Below are positions 47,229-57,017 of a DNA stretch of 64,000 nucleotides, in pieces. Source of the DNA: Candidatus Latescibacterota bacterium. GTDB taxonomy: Bacteria; Latescibacterota; UBA2968; UBA8231. The notes beneath the pieces are model-generated. The model was not told the DNA's origin, searched no databases, and worked only from the letters and a program-made list of their open reading frames with translations. Position 1 is the stretch's first letter. Each line of letters begins with the position of its first letter. The position numbers and the translations under genes are program-made. The stretch covers positions 3,968,001-4,032,000 of the forward strand of contig OZ242005.1 in the NCBI GenBank assembly GCA_965204725.1, read 5' to 3'.

Positions 47229-49856
47229 TCAATAGGTGACGGCCACAGTGCGCAGGATGGTCTTGTCTTTGACGTTGGCTCCGGCCGTATTGGTATGGAT
47301 GTGCAGGCGTACGCAGTACAGGCCCGGCGGCACTAGGGCTCCGTACTCGTCCCGTCCATCCCAGCCCATTTTATAGGAGCCGGCACTCAGGGGTCGCCGC
47401 TCGGTGAGGACGCGCACCCGTCGGCCATCGAGATGGCAAATTGCGGCCTCCACCGGACTATCGTCTTCCACCCTCACCACCTTAAAAAAGAAAAAGGTCA
47501 AGTCGTTGATCCCGTCCCTGTTGGGCGAAAACACAGCAGGGCGCACGGCCACATCCGTCAGCAGGGCTTGGGGCTTAGAGACGCTGATCAAGGTCGTGGT
47601 ATTGCCGGGGATATGCGATAGGACAGCACCCGGGTCAACCCGCTGCCAAGTACCCCCGTCGTCCGCATGGCTGTTGCGCAGGAACGCCTGCAAAACGGCA
47701 CCCGTGGCAAAGAGGGCGGCGGTAAAATCGAGCCGTAGAATCTCGATTGCGCTGTCGGGGCCGATGCTGGGGAAGCGCACTAGCAGCGAGTCCGGTGCCG
47801 TCGGCATCACCTCCGCGTGATCTAGCGCTGGCACCCCACCGGCCTCTGCCTTGAACTCATCCGCCCGCCCGCCAAAAACCCCGACTGGACTCAGCGCCAT
47901 GTTGGCCGGGGCGGTGAGGAGCAACTCGTCAAAGCCAGGGTCTAGGCGCTCGAAATGAGGCTGCACATAGAGCGAAAAAGAACGCTCGACGCCGAGCCGG
48001 TCCACCGCAAAAGGATCGATCTCCGCCCGCAAACTTTGCGCCACCGGGTCCGAAAAGCGGAGCCGGACTGAGCGCAGGGTCGGACTGAACGCAGGGTCGG
48101 CCGACAGCAAGGTCGCCCGAATTTTGAGGAATCGCCGTGGTGATGGCGAGGTAACAGGGCTACCCTCGGCCCGGGAATAGGGCGCGCTCCAATCGCTCCA
48201 GTTGCCTTTGGGCACTTCCTCGGCGACGATATCGCCCTTAAAGATCGACAGCAGCTTGCCATACTGCGCCTCGGTCACTTCAGTACCGTCGTTTTTGAAA
48301 TAGTGGAGCACTTGGCCCAACTCGTCGCCCGTCCGAGTCTGAATCAGGACGCGCGTCCCCGGTGGCTCGTCGGCGTCCCACTCAATGGAGTGTAGATTGC
48401 GGCTGCCGCCCAGCCGAATCAACTCGGATTCTAGGCTCACTTCCGGCTGGAAACCCTCCCCGTATAGCTGCATCTCCGCCATGGTGGCGATCTGACTACC
48501 AATGGGTTCCATCGTCCATTGAATGCGGGCGAAGCGGGCCTTGATCGGCTCGAACTGGGTGCCTTCAAAGCGGGCTTTCGGGGCCACGCCGCGGGAAGTT
48601 TGGTGCTGGCTCTTGGTCGCCCGGGTGGTCCATTTGAGCGCGCCATCGGCCGCTAGGGAGCCGTCGGAAAAGTCGATCCGATAGTTGAGAAAAGAGCCGA
48701 AGCGAGTCCCTCCGAGGCCGCTATAGGCCAGCCGATAGGTATCGATCCAATAAAAAGCCCCGAGATCAAAAACCAACTCCTTTTCGGGATCGGCCACCGC
48801 AGATTCGACGCCGAAGTAAATGCCGCTGAAACTGGCCAAGTCGCCATCGATCAAACTCTTAAAGGCCAAGGTCTGCGCGGCTGTGGTGGCGATGACCCCG
48901 CCGCGGTCCAGCAGGCCAGCGACGAGTTCGTCCCCGGCGTTCCACACCTCCAATTCGGCTAGGCGGGGCCGCTCGCGGCGGAAGTAGCGAATGGTCCCCC
49001 GGCGCTCCGCGTCGAGGAGCTCGTACACTTTTTGCGCGACGGGCACCTCGCGGCCGTCTAACTGCCGCTTGAAATGCTGGACGGCACCCTGATCCGCGGC
49101 CAGTGCTTCATACTCCGCACGGGAGATTTCCGCGCCCAGCAGACCATCGGTGCCCGTCACCAGCAACTGCACAAAGCGCACCGGAGCGGCCGCTAGCGCG
49201 GGTATCTGTCCAGTCAGGTCAACCTCAAAGACCCGCTGGCTCTTGTTTCTGCTCAAGGTGCGCAGTACGGTCGCAAAGGATCGCGTTCCGCTCCCCTGCA
49301 AGCGCTTTGGTTCAAGGCCGTCAGACACTAAGACCTCAAAGAGGAGAAAGGGGTCGCCTAAGCCCTCCTCGACAAAGCGCACGACGAGTTTCTTGGCAAA
49401 GACCAAGCGACCCAAATCGACGACAAACCACCACTGCGAGGCCAAATCAAGCGCATCGCTGGGGGGCGCAGGTTCCCAATAGGTGGCCATATCGCCATCG
49501 AATACCTTGGCCATGTCGGCGACATTAGAGCCGCCCTCAATCGCGTCGGCCAAGGCGATGGTCGCGGGATCTTTGTCGCCTAGCGAGGCGGGGGGATTGA
49601 AGCGCAGGTAATCGACGATATCTAAGGCCGCATTGGTATCTTTCTCAATGCGCCGAGTTTGCACCGCGCCTGTGGGAGAAATGGCTAGGGTCCCGGGGGG
49701 AAAGGTCCAGTTTTGCCAGTGGTTGCGGCTGTTTACGACGACTTGATTGTCGCGGACTCGGTGGCCGGCACTCTGGGGCCAGACCTCTTGGATATCGGCC
49801 AGCGCTAGGACCAACCCGAGGGGGCTTGCAGACAGGAGGCGTGCCAATCCCGTCAT
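47229..49856 (-). CDS. Large secreted protein with discoidin-like modules and C-terminal FlgD Ig-like domain
   Basis: Signal-like N-terminus; FDGDMATYW; FSPNRDGIND...WDGRD...VPPGLY. Confidence 0.75.
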   Translation of the reverse strand: MTGLARLLSASPLGLVLALADIQEVWPQSAGHRVRDNQVVVNSRNHWQNWTFPPGTLAISPTGAVQTRRIEKDTNAALDIVDYLRFNPPASLGDKDPATIALADAIEGGSNVADMAKVFDGDMATYWEPAPPSDALDLASQWWFVVDLGRLVFAKKLVVRFVEEGLGDPFLLFEVLVSDGLEPKRLQGSGTRSFATVLRTLSRNKSQRVFEVDLTGQIPALAAAPVRFVQLLVTGTDGLLGAEISRAEYEALAADQGAVQHFKRQLDGREVPVAQKVYELLDAERRGTIRYFRRERPRLAELEVWNAGDELVAGLLDRGGVIATTAAQTLAFKSLIDGDLASFSGIYFGVESAVADPEKELVFDLGAFYWIDTYRLAYSGLGGTRFGSFLNYRIDFSDGSLAADGALKWTTRATKSQHQTSRGVAPKARFEGTQFEPIKARFARIQWTMEPIGSQIATMAEMQLYGEGFQPEVSLESELIRLGGSRNLHSIEWDADEPPGTRVLIQTRTGDELGQVLHYFKNDGTEVTEAQYGKLLSIFKGDIVAEEVPKGNWSDWSAPYSRAEGSPVTSPSPRRFLKIRATLLSADPAFSPTLRSVRLRFSDPVAQSLRAEIDPFAVDRLGVERSFSLYVQPHFERLDPGFDELLLTAPANMALSPVGVFGGRADEFKAEAGGVPALDHAEVMPTAPDSLLVRFPSIGPDSAIEILRLDFTAALFATGAVLQAFLRNSHADDGGTWQRVDPGAVLSHIPGNTTTLISVSKPQALLTDVAVRPAVFSPNRDGINDLTFFFFKVVRVEDDSPVEAAICHLDGRRVRVLTERRPLSAGSYKMGWDGRDEYGALVPPGLYCVRLHIHTNTAGANVKDKTILRTVAVTY

Positions 49857-49866
49857 GTAGATGCCT

Positions 49867-51804
49867 TTAGTACACCAACGAAACAACTCGGCTGACGCGC
49901 TCCCTTCCCTTATCGGTCTCTACCGCTAGGCGCAGCACGTAAACTCCCGGCGGCAGTAGCAAGCCGCTGTCGTCGCGGCCGTCCCAAGCCACAGCAAAGC
50001 GGCCGCTTGAGTGAACCATTCGGTCTATGGCCCACAGTTTGCGGCCGCTCAAGTCGCACAAGTCAATGTACACCAGCACCGCGCCGGCCAGATTGAGCAA
50101 GTCGTATTCGAGGCGCACCGCGTCGTTGACGCCATCGCTGTTGGGCGTACAAATCGACGAGCCCAATTCCACCCGACCGATGGCCTCGCGGCCGACATCC
50201 GCTAGGACCACCTGCAACGTCGCGCCGTCGTTTTGCACATCTACATCCCCTGCGACCACCGACTGGGGCACCTCGTGGGGCCGAGTACTGTTGGAAACCC
50301 GTCCCGAAAAAACAGTGCCGTACTGGAATATCTGCGCCTTGAAGTCGATTTCAATGCGATCTAAGGTCCGCCGCACGTCAACGTGGGGAATCTGCACGAC
50401 AAAGCCCGACGGGTCCAGCCTGACCACGGCAAAAGCCTCGGCCCGCCCGTCAATGCGCACAGCATCTACGCTCACAGCGCGCCCGGGCGTGCCGATCTCC
50501 ACTCGGTCGAATCCCGGTTCATCGCCCTCAAATTGGGGCAGCAGCTTGTAGGTGAAAGACGTGGTCTGGCCGGGACGGGCCTGTGTCGGCTCAATCTCCG
50601 CAGCAATGTGTGTCGCCCACGGTTGGGAAGCGGCGAATTGCAGGTAACTTAGGCGTCCCCCGGCCTCGGGCCGCGAGTGAAAATCGGCCCGCACCTGAGC
50701 AAAACGCCGCGGGCGGTCCCCAATCGGATTCCCGGTCTCGGCAGCTAAGGAGATGGGGGCACTCCAATCGCTCCAGTTGCGGGTATCGTGGGTCGTGCCG
50801 GCGCGTTCCCCCGATTGCAGGGCCGCGTACGTCTCCCGCGTCAGGAGCTGGCCTTGGCGATCAAAAAGGGTCTTCTCGTCGCCGCGAAACGTGGCGCGCC
50901 AGTACAGGTTGGGATCGGGATCGTCACCCAACCGGGTCCGCACTTCAATGCTCGCTCCCAGAGGCTGGTCGCCGGCCCAGACCAAGGGGCCTAAGACGAA
51001 GGGCTGGCCTAGATCAATGATCGTGGATTCGTAGCGGGCAAAGGCACTAAAGCCGGTCCCGTACACTTCGATTTCGGCAATCTCCCAGAAACTGCGGATA
51101 TTGCGGCGCACCGCAAAAAAGAGCTGGCGCACCGATGGTTGGCGGAATTCCAAGTCAACTACGGCGTTTGTGTTTTCGCGGATATTGTGAATCGGGTCGA
51201 AGTCCAATTCCTCGGTGGCCTTGAGCTCCCGAGTCCCGTCCTTGGTGGGATCGCCATCGCTGACGCCGACGATGAAACTTTCCGCAAAACGCTCAAAGCG
51301 AAAGCGGTCCCTCGGGTAGAAGCGGATATTCTTGAGGGTGAAGCGCCCCCCCAGATCGAAAACCCAGTACTTGAAGGACCTGTACGACCTGTTTTCTCGG
51401 CGGTTGAAGATCCCGCTCCACGAGACCGACTCGTCTCCTTGGTACGCAGTCTCAATGTCGCCATCCCAAGCGGCCAACTCGCTGACGCCGGGCTCGATTA
51501 AGCCATCGTAGCCGCCAGTGGTGAGGATCAAACCACCGTTTTCGACGAGGGACGGGATGATATTGACAGAGGCCTCTAACTGCTTAGGCTCGATGTATTC
51601 CGCCTGCAATTGCAGGGATTGGGTTTGGCCTCTCGCGGTCCCGACAATTGCACTCCAAGGTATCTGCACAAATTCATAGGCCACGTCCAGCGCGGGCGGC
51701 GGTTGGTCCGCTCCACCAATGCGGTAAATGGTCAGCCCCTGCACGGGCGAGGACGGGCAAAGACCGAGTAGGAGTAGGAGCGGATACGATCTCGCCATTT
51801 TCAT
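49867..51804 (-). CDS. Secreted protein with C-terminal FlgD Ig-like domain (distant paralog of neighbour)
   Basis: Signal peptide; DGDIETAY; TPNSDGVND...WDGRD...LPPGVY. Confidence 0.75.
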   Translation of the reverse strand: MKMARSYPLLLLLGLCPSSPVQGLTIYRIGGADQPPPALDVAYEFVQIPWSAIVGTARGQTQSLQLQAEYIEPKQLEASVNIIPSLVENGGLILTTGGYDGLIEPGVSELAAWDGDIETAYQGDESVSWSGIFNRRENRSYRSFKYWVFDLGGRFTLKNIRFYPRDRFRFERFAESFIVGVSDGDPTKDGTRELKATEELDFDPIHNIRENTNAVVDLEFRQPSVRQLFFAVRRNIRSFWEIAEIEVYGTGFSAFARYESTIIDLGQPFVLGPLVWAGDQPLGASIEVRTRLGDDPDPNLYWRATFRGDEKTLFDRQGQLLTRETYAALQSGERAGTTHDTRNWSDWSAPISLAAETGNPIGDRPRRFAQVRADFHSRPEAGGRLSYLQFAASQPWATHIAAEIEPTQARPGQTTSFTYKLLPQFEGDEPGFDRVEIGTPGRAVSVDAVRIDGRAEAFAVVRLDPSGFVVQIPHVDVRRTLDRIEIDFKAQIFQYGTVFSGRVSNSTRPHEVPQSVVAGDVDVQNDGATLQVVLADVGREAIGRVELGSSICTPNSDGVNDAVRLEYDLLNLAGAVLVYIDLCDLSGRKLWAIDRMVHSSGRFAVAWDGRDDSGLLLPPGVYVLRLAVETDKGRERVSRVVSLVY

Positions 51805-51871
51805 CTGGTTGCAGACCGCTTCTCAGGTTGAAGCGCACAATTAGCGCGGCGAGGTTTTGGCGGCGACCTAT

Positions 51872-53230
51872 TTAATACGGCGTGTGTTGGGTCGTGATGG
51901 GACACCAGCGGGCGGCGAACAAATAGTCGAACAAAACCTCGGTCGCCTCCGGCGTACCAATGCGTTCCAAGGTCTTGGCCGCCTTGGCACTGACGTAGCG
52001 GTTTGGATCGTCTAGGGCTGCCACCACCGCTGGCTGCACGGCCTCGGCAGCCGACCCCAGCCGCGCCAAGCCCAAGGCGGCATTGCGCCGCACCCATTCG
52101 TCGCCATCGCCCAAAACTCCGGCCAATTCCTCCAGCACCGCTGGGGGCAAGGTGCCCATGGCACCCAAGGCTTCGGCCGCGTGGCCCCGCACCTCGCCCG
52201 ACGCATCGCCCAGCGCCCGCTGCAATGCCGACATGGCTGGGGCACCGGCCCGACCCATATCGCCCAAACTATCGACCGCGGCTAGCCGCACGGCCGGATC
52301 GTCGTCAGCACAGGCTTGCGCTAGCGCCTCGACAGCGGCCGGGCCGGCCGCGGCCAAACCGTAGCCAGCATTGCGCCGCACAGGTTCCGGTCCTTGGCGC
52401 AAACAGTCGATGAGCGGCCCCACGGCGGGTTCCCCAGCGCAACCGAGGGCATAGGCCGCCGCTTGACTCGCCGCCTCGGAATCGCCCATCAGCACTTGCA
52501 TCAGCACCGACCGCTCGTCGGTATCCGCAGCAAAGCCCTCGGACTGGCCGCCGTACCATTCCCACATACTGTGCCAGATGGGGGCCTCGGCATGTCCATT
52601 CCCGGCCCAAGGCGCTCCGGTCGCGTTCCAACTAGGCCCGTCCGGTTCTTCGAGGCGGACAAAGAGGAACTTGACCATGTAGCGCGCCTGCTCGGTGCTG
52701 TTGGGCGTGGCTCGGTGCCACAAGTCGTAGTGGACAATGGCGACCGTCCCGGCCTCTCCCGCAAGCGCGATCTCTCGCTCGTCAGCTTTTTGGTCAAGGC
52801 GGTTGTGGTAGTGGCTGCCGGGGACAACGCCGGTGGGGCCGCGCTCGGCCGGCGTGTCCTGCGGATAGTAAAAGGCCATGGCCCAGCGCAGCCGGTGATG
52901 CCGCCGACTCCAGCTATCCTTGTGCAGCTTCTGCCCTTCCGAACCCGGCTTGTTGAAATGGCAGAAACGGTGCGGATGCAAATAGTACCCCGGCCCCAAG
53001 ATACTGGTTAGGGCACCCGCCACTTGGGGTTGGTCGAACACCTGCTGCAAGTCGGGGATGCGGGGCAATAGGTTGTTGCCCGGATTGCCCTCGGTGGCCA
53101 AGAGCGTCTCTATTTGCCGATAGATGGATTGGTGAAAATCCGCGGGCAAATCCGTTTTGACCACTGTATAACCATCGGCGATGAAAGACTGCATGCGGCG
53201 ATCGTCCAGCAAGATCGAGTTGGCAGGCAT
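51872..53230 (-). CDS. PhyH-family dioxygenase fused to HEAT/PBS repeats
   Basis: LHKDS, PGSH, LWHR; C-terminal VRRNAGYGL / VRLAAVDSL / VRGHAAEAL repeats. Confidence 0.85.
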   Translation of the reverse strand: MPANSILLDDRRMQSFIADGYTVVKTDLPADFHQSIYRQIETLLATEGNPGNNLLPRIPDLQQVFDQPQVAGALTSILGPGYYLHPHRFCHFNKPGSEGQKLHKDSWSRRHHRLRWAMAFYYPQDTPAERGPTGVVPGSHYHNRLDQKADEREIALAGEAGTVAIVHYDLWHRATPNSTEQARYMVKFLFVRLEEPDGPSWNATGAPWAGNGHAEAPIWHSMWEWYGGQSEGFAADTDERSVLMQVLMGDSEAASQAAAYALGCAGEPAVGPLIDCLRQGPEPVRRNAGYGLAAAGPAAVEALAQACADDDPAVRLAAVDSLGDMGRAGAPAMSALQRALGDASGEVRGHAAEALGAMGTLPPAVLEELAGVLGDGDEWVRRNAALGLARLGSAAEAVQPAVVAALDDPNRYVSAKAAKTLERIGTPEATEVLFDYLFAARWCPITTQHTPY

Positions 53231-53245
53231 AGCAAAGCTCCTCGT

Positions 53246-54088
53246 TTAGTGAGTGAGTGCCTCGCCCGGCATCCGGTTCCAAGGCACGGGCGCGGCGGTC
53301 CCCTCGTAGGTAGGCAGCAGATCGGCAACTCGTGCTCGTGCTTCGTCGTCCCAACCGACCCATTCGCGGGGGCGGGCGATGGCGGCGCGGAGGCCGTTGG
53401 AGAGCAGGTCGAAGTACGGGAAATACCACAGGGTAATGACGGTGCGACGCTGGGCCGACTTATTGGCGTGGGCCGAATGCAACAGCCGCGCGTCGCCGAT
53501 GACCACATCGCCGGCCGCCACCGGTACATCCACCTCTTCGGGAAGCGATTGATAGGCTGGATGGTCGGGGTCGGCTACGCGGCGAAGTTCGTCGGTGTGG
53601 GCGTTGGGCACTGCGTCGTGCATGCGATGACGCTTGAGATGCGAGCCGCGCAACAGGCGCAGGCAGCCGTTGTGGGGCGTGGTATCGACGAGGTAGTACA
53701 TCAGGAAAAGCTGCTGAGGCAAGGGTGTGTAACTCGAAGGATCGTCCCAGCCCCACCAGTCCTGATGCCAGAAAAGAGCCGGGCTGTTGGGCGGTTTGCT
53801 GATGACGTAGCCGGACATCCACCGAGGGCGCAGAAAGCCCAAGAGGTCGAGCGCGGCGCGGGCGGGCGGGTACGCGACGAGTTCGGCGAAGATGGGGTGG
53901 ACGCCGACATCAATCATGCTGCCGGTGGAGCGTTGTAGGGCGCGGTTTTCTCGGCTTTGGGCGTCGAGGAGTTGGTCGGTTACTTGGCGCAGCCGGTGGA
54001 GCATATCATCGCCGAGGACGTCTCCTACCAAGCAGTAGCCGTCGCGGATGAGCTGGTCAAAGTTTTCTTTGGGATCTTGTTGGGACAT
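53246..54088 (-). CDS. PhyH-family dioxygenase
   Basis: WHQDW, NGCLRLLRGSH, GDVV...LLH. Confidence 0.9.
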   Translation of the reverse strand: MSQQDPKENFDQLIRDGYCLVGDVLGDDMLHRLRQVTDQLLDAQSRENRALQRSTGSMIDVGVHPIFAELVAYPPARAALDLLGFLRPRWMSGYVISKPPNSPALFWHQDWWGWDDPSSYTPLPQQLFLMYYLVDTTPHNGCLRLLRGSHLKRHRMHDAVPNAHTDELRRVADPDHPAYQSLPEEVDVPVAAGDVVIGDARLLHSAHANKSAQRRTVITLWYFPYFDLLSNGLRAAIARPREWVGWDDEARARVADLLPTYEGTAAPVPWNRMPGEALTH

Positions 54089-54132
54089 CGATGTTGTCTC
54101 CTCGTTTCACTTTGCCACACGCTTTATGGCTC

Positions 54133-54375
54133 CTATTGTGAGGGATTCTGTTGAAAGCGAGTTCGAGCATTGGGGAGCGTAATGCCAACAAGACGGCGGT
54201 CGCGATAGTGGTAGATATTCCCGTCCTCTTCCATCACGCTGTCATTGGCGCACTGAGGTTTTGCAAAACTGAGGTATAATACGTCAGCCCCTTCATCATA
54301 GTCGCTCCAAACTTGTGAATAGGGCAAGCGCAACAGCTCGGGGACAAATGTCAGGTCAATGGTTGACGCATCCAT
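54133..54375 (-). CDS. DUF2283-family small protein (putative antitoxin)
   Basis: YDEGADVLYLSF, LVGITL. Confidence 0.8.
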   Translation of the reverse strand: MDASTIDLTFVPELLRLPYSQVWSDYDEGADVLYLSFAKPQCANDSVMEEDGNIYHYRDRRLVGITLPNARTRFQQNPSQ

Positions 54376-54424
54376 ATCGCATCTCTCCTGCGAGTAATGC
54401 CAACAGACAGAAGCCCAAAGCGAA

Positions 54425-55099
54425 TTAAAAATGGAGCGTCAGTCTAGTCCCCAAACTTTTGTGAGAAACGACCGGATCGACACCAAGCGTAGCTCGGCTG
54501 CCGCCAAGCTCAATCAGATGTCCGTACGAAGGTTGCTGATTTTGCCGATTGATTCTATTGGCAGAGATCGGTGCGTCAATCATTGACCATAGAGAGCTGC
54601 CTAAGAAAAGCAAAACCCCAAAGACAGCTTTTCCATCATCATCATCATCAGGATCAGTATCAACCCGAACAACGGAAACATTGATCAAGACCTGGTTATC
54701 CGCTGTACCACTGAGCATAAATCCTAAACCTAGGATACTTCCGCCTAATTGAGCCACTCCCTTACTGTGCTGCCCATTGTAGAATTGTCCGCCCCCAGGG
54801 ATTAGAGCCGATAGGCCAAAAGCGAGCCAAGGATTTTTCTTTTCAGCCCCAATATGCCCTTGAATCCTCATCACAGGTTCCTTGGATATCTTGGCAATCT
54901 CGTCCATCGGATAGACGAACACACTCCCGTCTCGCGTCTGTATCTTCAGCGATTCGCCCGGAATCTGCTCAATGATAATTCCGCGAATGAGTCCGCCATT
55001 TTTTAAGTGAACTACATCTTCCATTTGCTGGATTTGCTGCGCGAGTGCTGGCGAGGTCATTAAAGCCGTCAGGCATGTGAGTAAAACAAAACGCGACAT
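54425..55099 (-). CDS. Secreted/membrane hypothetical protein with TM2-like motif
   Basis: Signal peptide; DVVHLKNG; KNPWLAFGLSALIPGGGQFYNG; AT-richer than flanks. Confidence 0.65.
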   Translation of the reverse strand: MSRFVLLTCLTALMTSPALAQQIQQMEDVVHLKNGGLIRGIIIEQIPGESLKIQTRDGSVFVYPMDEIAKISKEPVMRIQGHIGAEKKNPWLAFGLSALIPGGGQFYNGQHSKGVAQLGGSILGLGFMLSGTADNQVLINVSVVRVDTDPDDDDDGKAVFGVLLFLGSSLWSMIDAPISANRINRQNQQPSYGHLIELGGSRATLGVDPVVSHKSLGTRLTLHF

Positions 55100-55146
55100 G
55101 ATTTTCTCCTATTGGGTTGCGGCTAATTTTCGTCAAGGTTTGGATT

Positions 55147-56004
55147 CTAACCGGCCAGCACCTCCCCTTGGCGCGAGCGTTCCTGCAAGTCGTAGAGCGA
55201 GGAAATGGCGTCCTTGTACAGCGGGATGGGAAAAGAGCGGTCCTCAAAGCGTGCGGCGAGCGGGATCCGGCCACGCACCAAGCGCGCATTCGCCTCGGTC
55301 TTGTACGTCATCTCGCCGGTGTAGATCGGGAAGGCATCGGCTGCACGGTAGCTGAGGATTAGGGTGCGCCGCGGCGTGTCGGAAACATTGGCGATGGAAG
55401 CATGAGGGGTCATCGCATGCATGAAGATGACCGTGCCCGCCGCGCCCGGAATCGGCACGGCCAGCGATTGATCGACCGCTTCGGTCACTCGGCCTTGAAA
55501 AAAGCCGTCGGTGCTGTGCGACAGCAGTTCGCTTTGATGGCGGCGGGGAATGACTTGCAGACAGCCGTTTTCAACGGTGGCGTCGTCGAGATAAAAGAGG
55601 ATGCTCACCGAGCCGCGATGGGTCAGCGGGTAGTAGGAAAGGTCTTGGTGCCACTCAACGGGCGATCCAACGCCGGCCGGTTTCATGTTGATCTTGCTGT
55701 AGTGGAAGACCAAGTCCGGGCCGAGCAGGGCCGCGACCGCGTCGAGCAGCCGCTCCGATTCGGAGAACGCCCGGAAAACCTCGTAGTGGCTACAAGGCTC
55801 GTACAGACGGCGCACCTGAGTCCCGTCGGGAGGCTGATTGGGCTCCATCTCCATGCGGGTGGCGTCGTGGTCGGCGAGCGTATTGCCGGCACTGGCCGCG
55901 TCCATCTCGCTCAGGAACGCCGCGATCTCCTCGGCACTGAGAAAGCTAGGGACAGCGACGTACCCTTCAGTGTGGTAGTGTTCAACTTGTGCGGGGGTCA
56001 ACAT
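55147..56004 (-). CDS. PhyH-family dioxygenase
   Basis: WHQDL, NGCLQVIP, TPH. Confidence 0.9.
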   Translation of the reverse strand: MLTPAQVEHYHTEGYVAVPSFLSAEEIAAFLSEMDAASAGNTLADHDATRMEMEPNQPPDGTQVRRLYEPCSHYEVFRAFSESERLLDAVAALLGPDLVFHYSKINMKPAGVGSPVEWHQDLSYYPLTHRGSVSILFYLDDATVENGCLQVIPRRHQSELLSHSTDGFFQGRVTEAVDQSLAVPIPGAAGTVIFMHAMTPHASIANVSDTPRRTLILSYRAADAFPIYTGEMTYKTEANARLVRGRIPLAARFEDRSFPIPLYKDAISSLYDLQERSRQGEVLAG

Positions 56005-56016
56005 GTTGGTTCCTCC

Positions 56017-56747
56017 TTACCATTTCTCTATGGCACCCATGAGCATTTTTTGCTGGTCAGTGCCCGTGGCGCGAACCTTCTGCGCGAAAGGGCCGTCAAA
56101 AGGCTCGCGAGATTTCATCCAAGCGGTCTGGTAGCACATCAAGCAGACGCGGCGGCGCACGGACGAGCGATTGGCCGCGCCGCGATGATAGAGGCAGCCA
56201 TCGAACATCACCGCCTGACCCGGCCGGGCAAAAACCCACTTCTCTTCGGGGAAGCGCGGATGGCCGGCCGGCGGGCGGAAGGGGGCGCGATGGCTGCCGG
56301 GGACGATGACGATCGCGCCGTTGTCCGCGTCTAATTCGTCCAAGTAGTAGCCGCAGTTGATCTGGCCGGGCAACGCCCCGTATGGCGTACCATCGGGATC
56401 AACCGGCCAAGGCACATCGCGGTGCCAGTTTTGATCCTCCTGCCCCGGCGCGGTGACGCGAGCGGTAGCACTGTGGAGCTGGACGCAGGTGCCCAGAATG
56501 GCCTGCATCCTCGCCAACACGGGCGGGTTGTCGAGCAGGAAGGCGAAGGCTTCGTCCTCTTCGAGAAGCTGGTGGATAAACTGCTCCCCGGTCCCGCGCA
56601 CAAAGGCCGCATCGAGGGCCGCACGCAAGGTCTCGACCTGCCCCTCGCTGACGGCGTATAGCCCCACTTGCGGAAAAAGGCCACATCCTCGGCGATTTCG
56701 GGCGTCAGCTTGGGGTTGAGGTGCTGAGGGTAAGGCGGTTGCGCCAT
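56017..56747 (-). pseudogene. PhyH-family dioxygenase split by a frameshift near 56657
   Basis: MAQPPY...FFRKWGY (ATG 56747) in one frame; AVSEGQVETLR...WHRDV...PGSH in another. Confidence 0.7.
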
Positions 56748-56786
56748 GGTTTTCTCAGAACTCCTGTGTACATTGCGGTCGGGGTC

Positions 56787-56840
56787 CGTCCTCCCGCAAA
56801 AGAACGTCACCCCGTGCCCCGACACGGGGCGGGAATCCAG
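56787..56840. repeat. Composite (nested) REP-like element
   Basis: CGTCCTCCCGC-AAAAGAAC-GTCACCCCGTGCCCCGACACGGG-GCGGGAATCCAG; near-identical copy at 58858-58912. Confidence 0.75.
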
Positions 56841-57017
56841 CCGGTATCGCTTAGCCCCAAAGGACGACCACCAGAGTTTGCAGACAGCTTCTAACGACAA
56901 ATACATTGCACAGCAGGCCCTTTGTCAACGCAATGAGCATTGACCCTGCGCTATCCATGATGCTCATTACTTGGGTCAATGCCCGCACACAGCCCATTTA
57001 CCACAAAGGAGCGATCC

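Noticed and set aside
55402-56334. 310-aa plus-strand ORF
   Set aside because: Antisense to two PhyH genes, with no recognisable motifs
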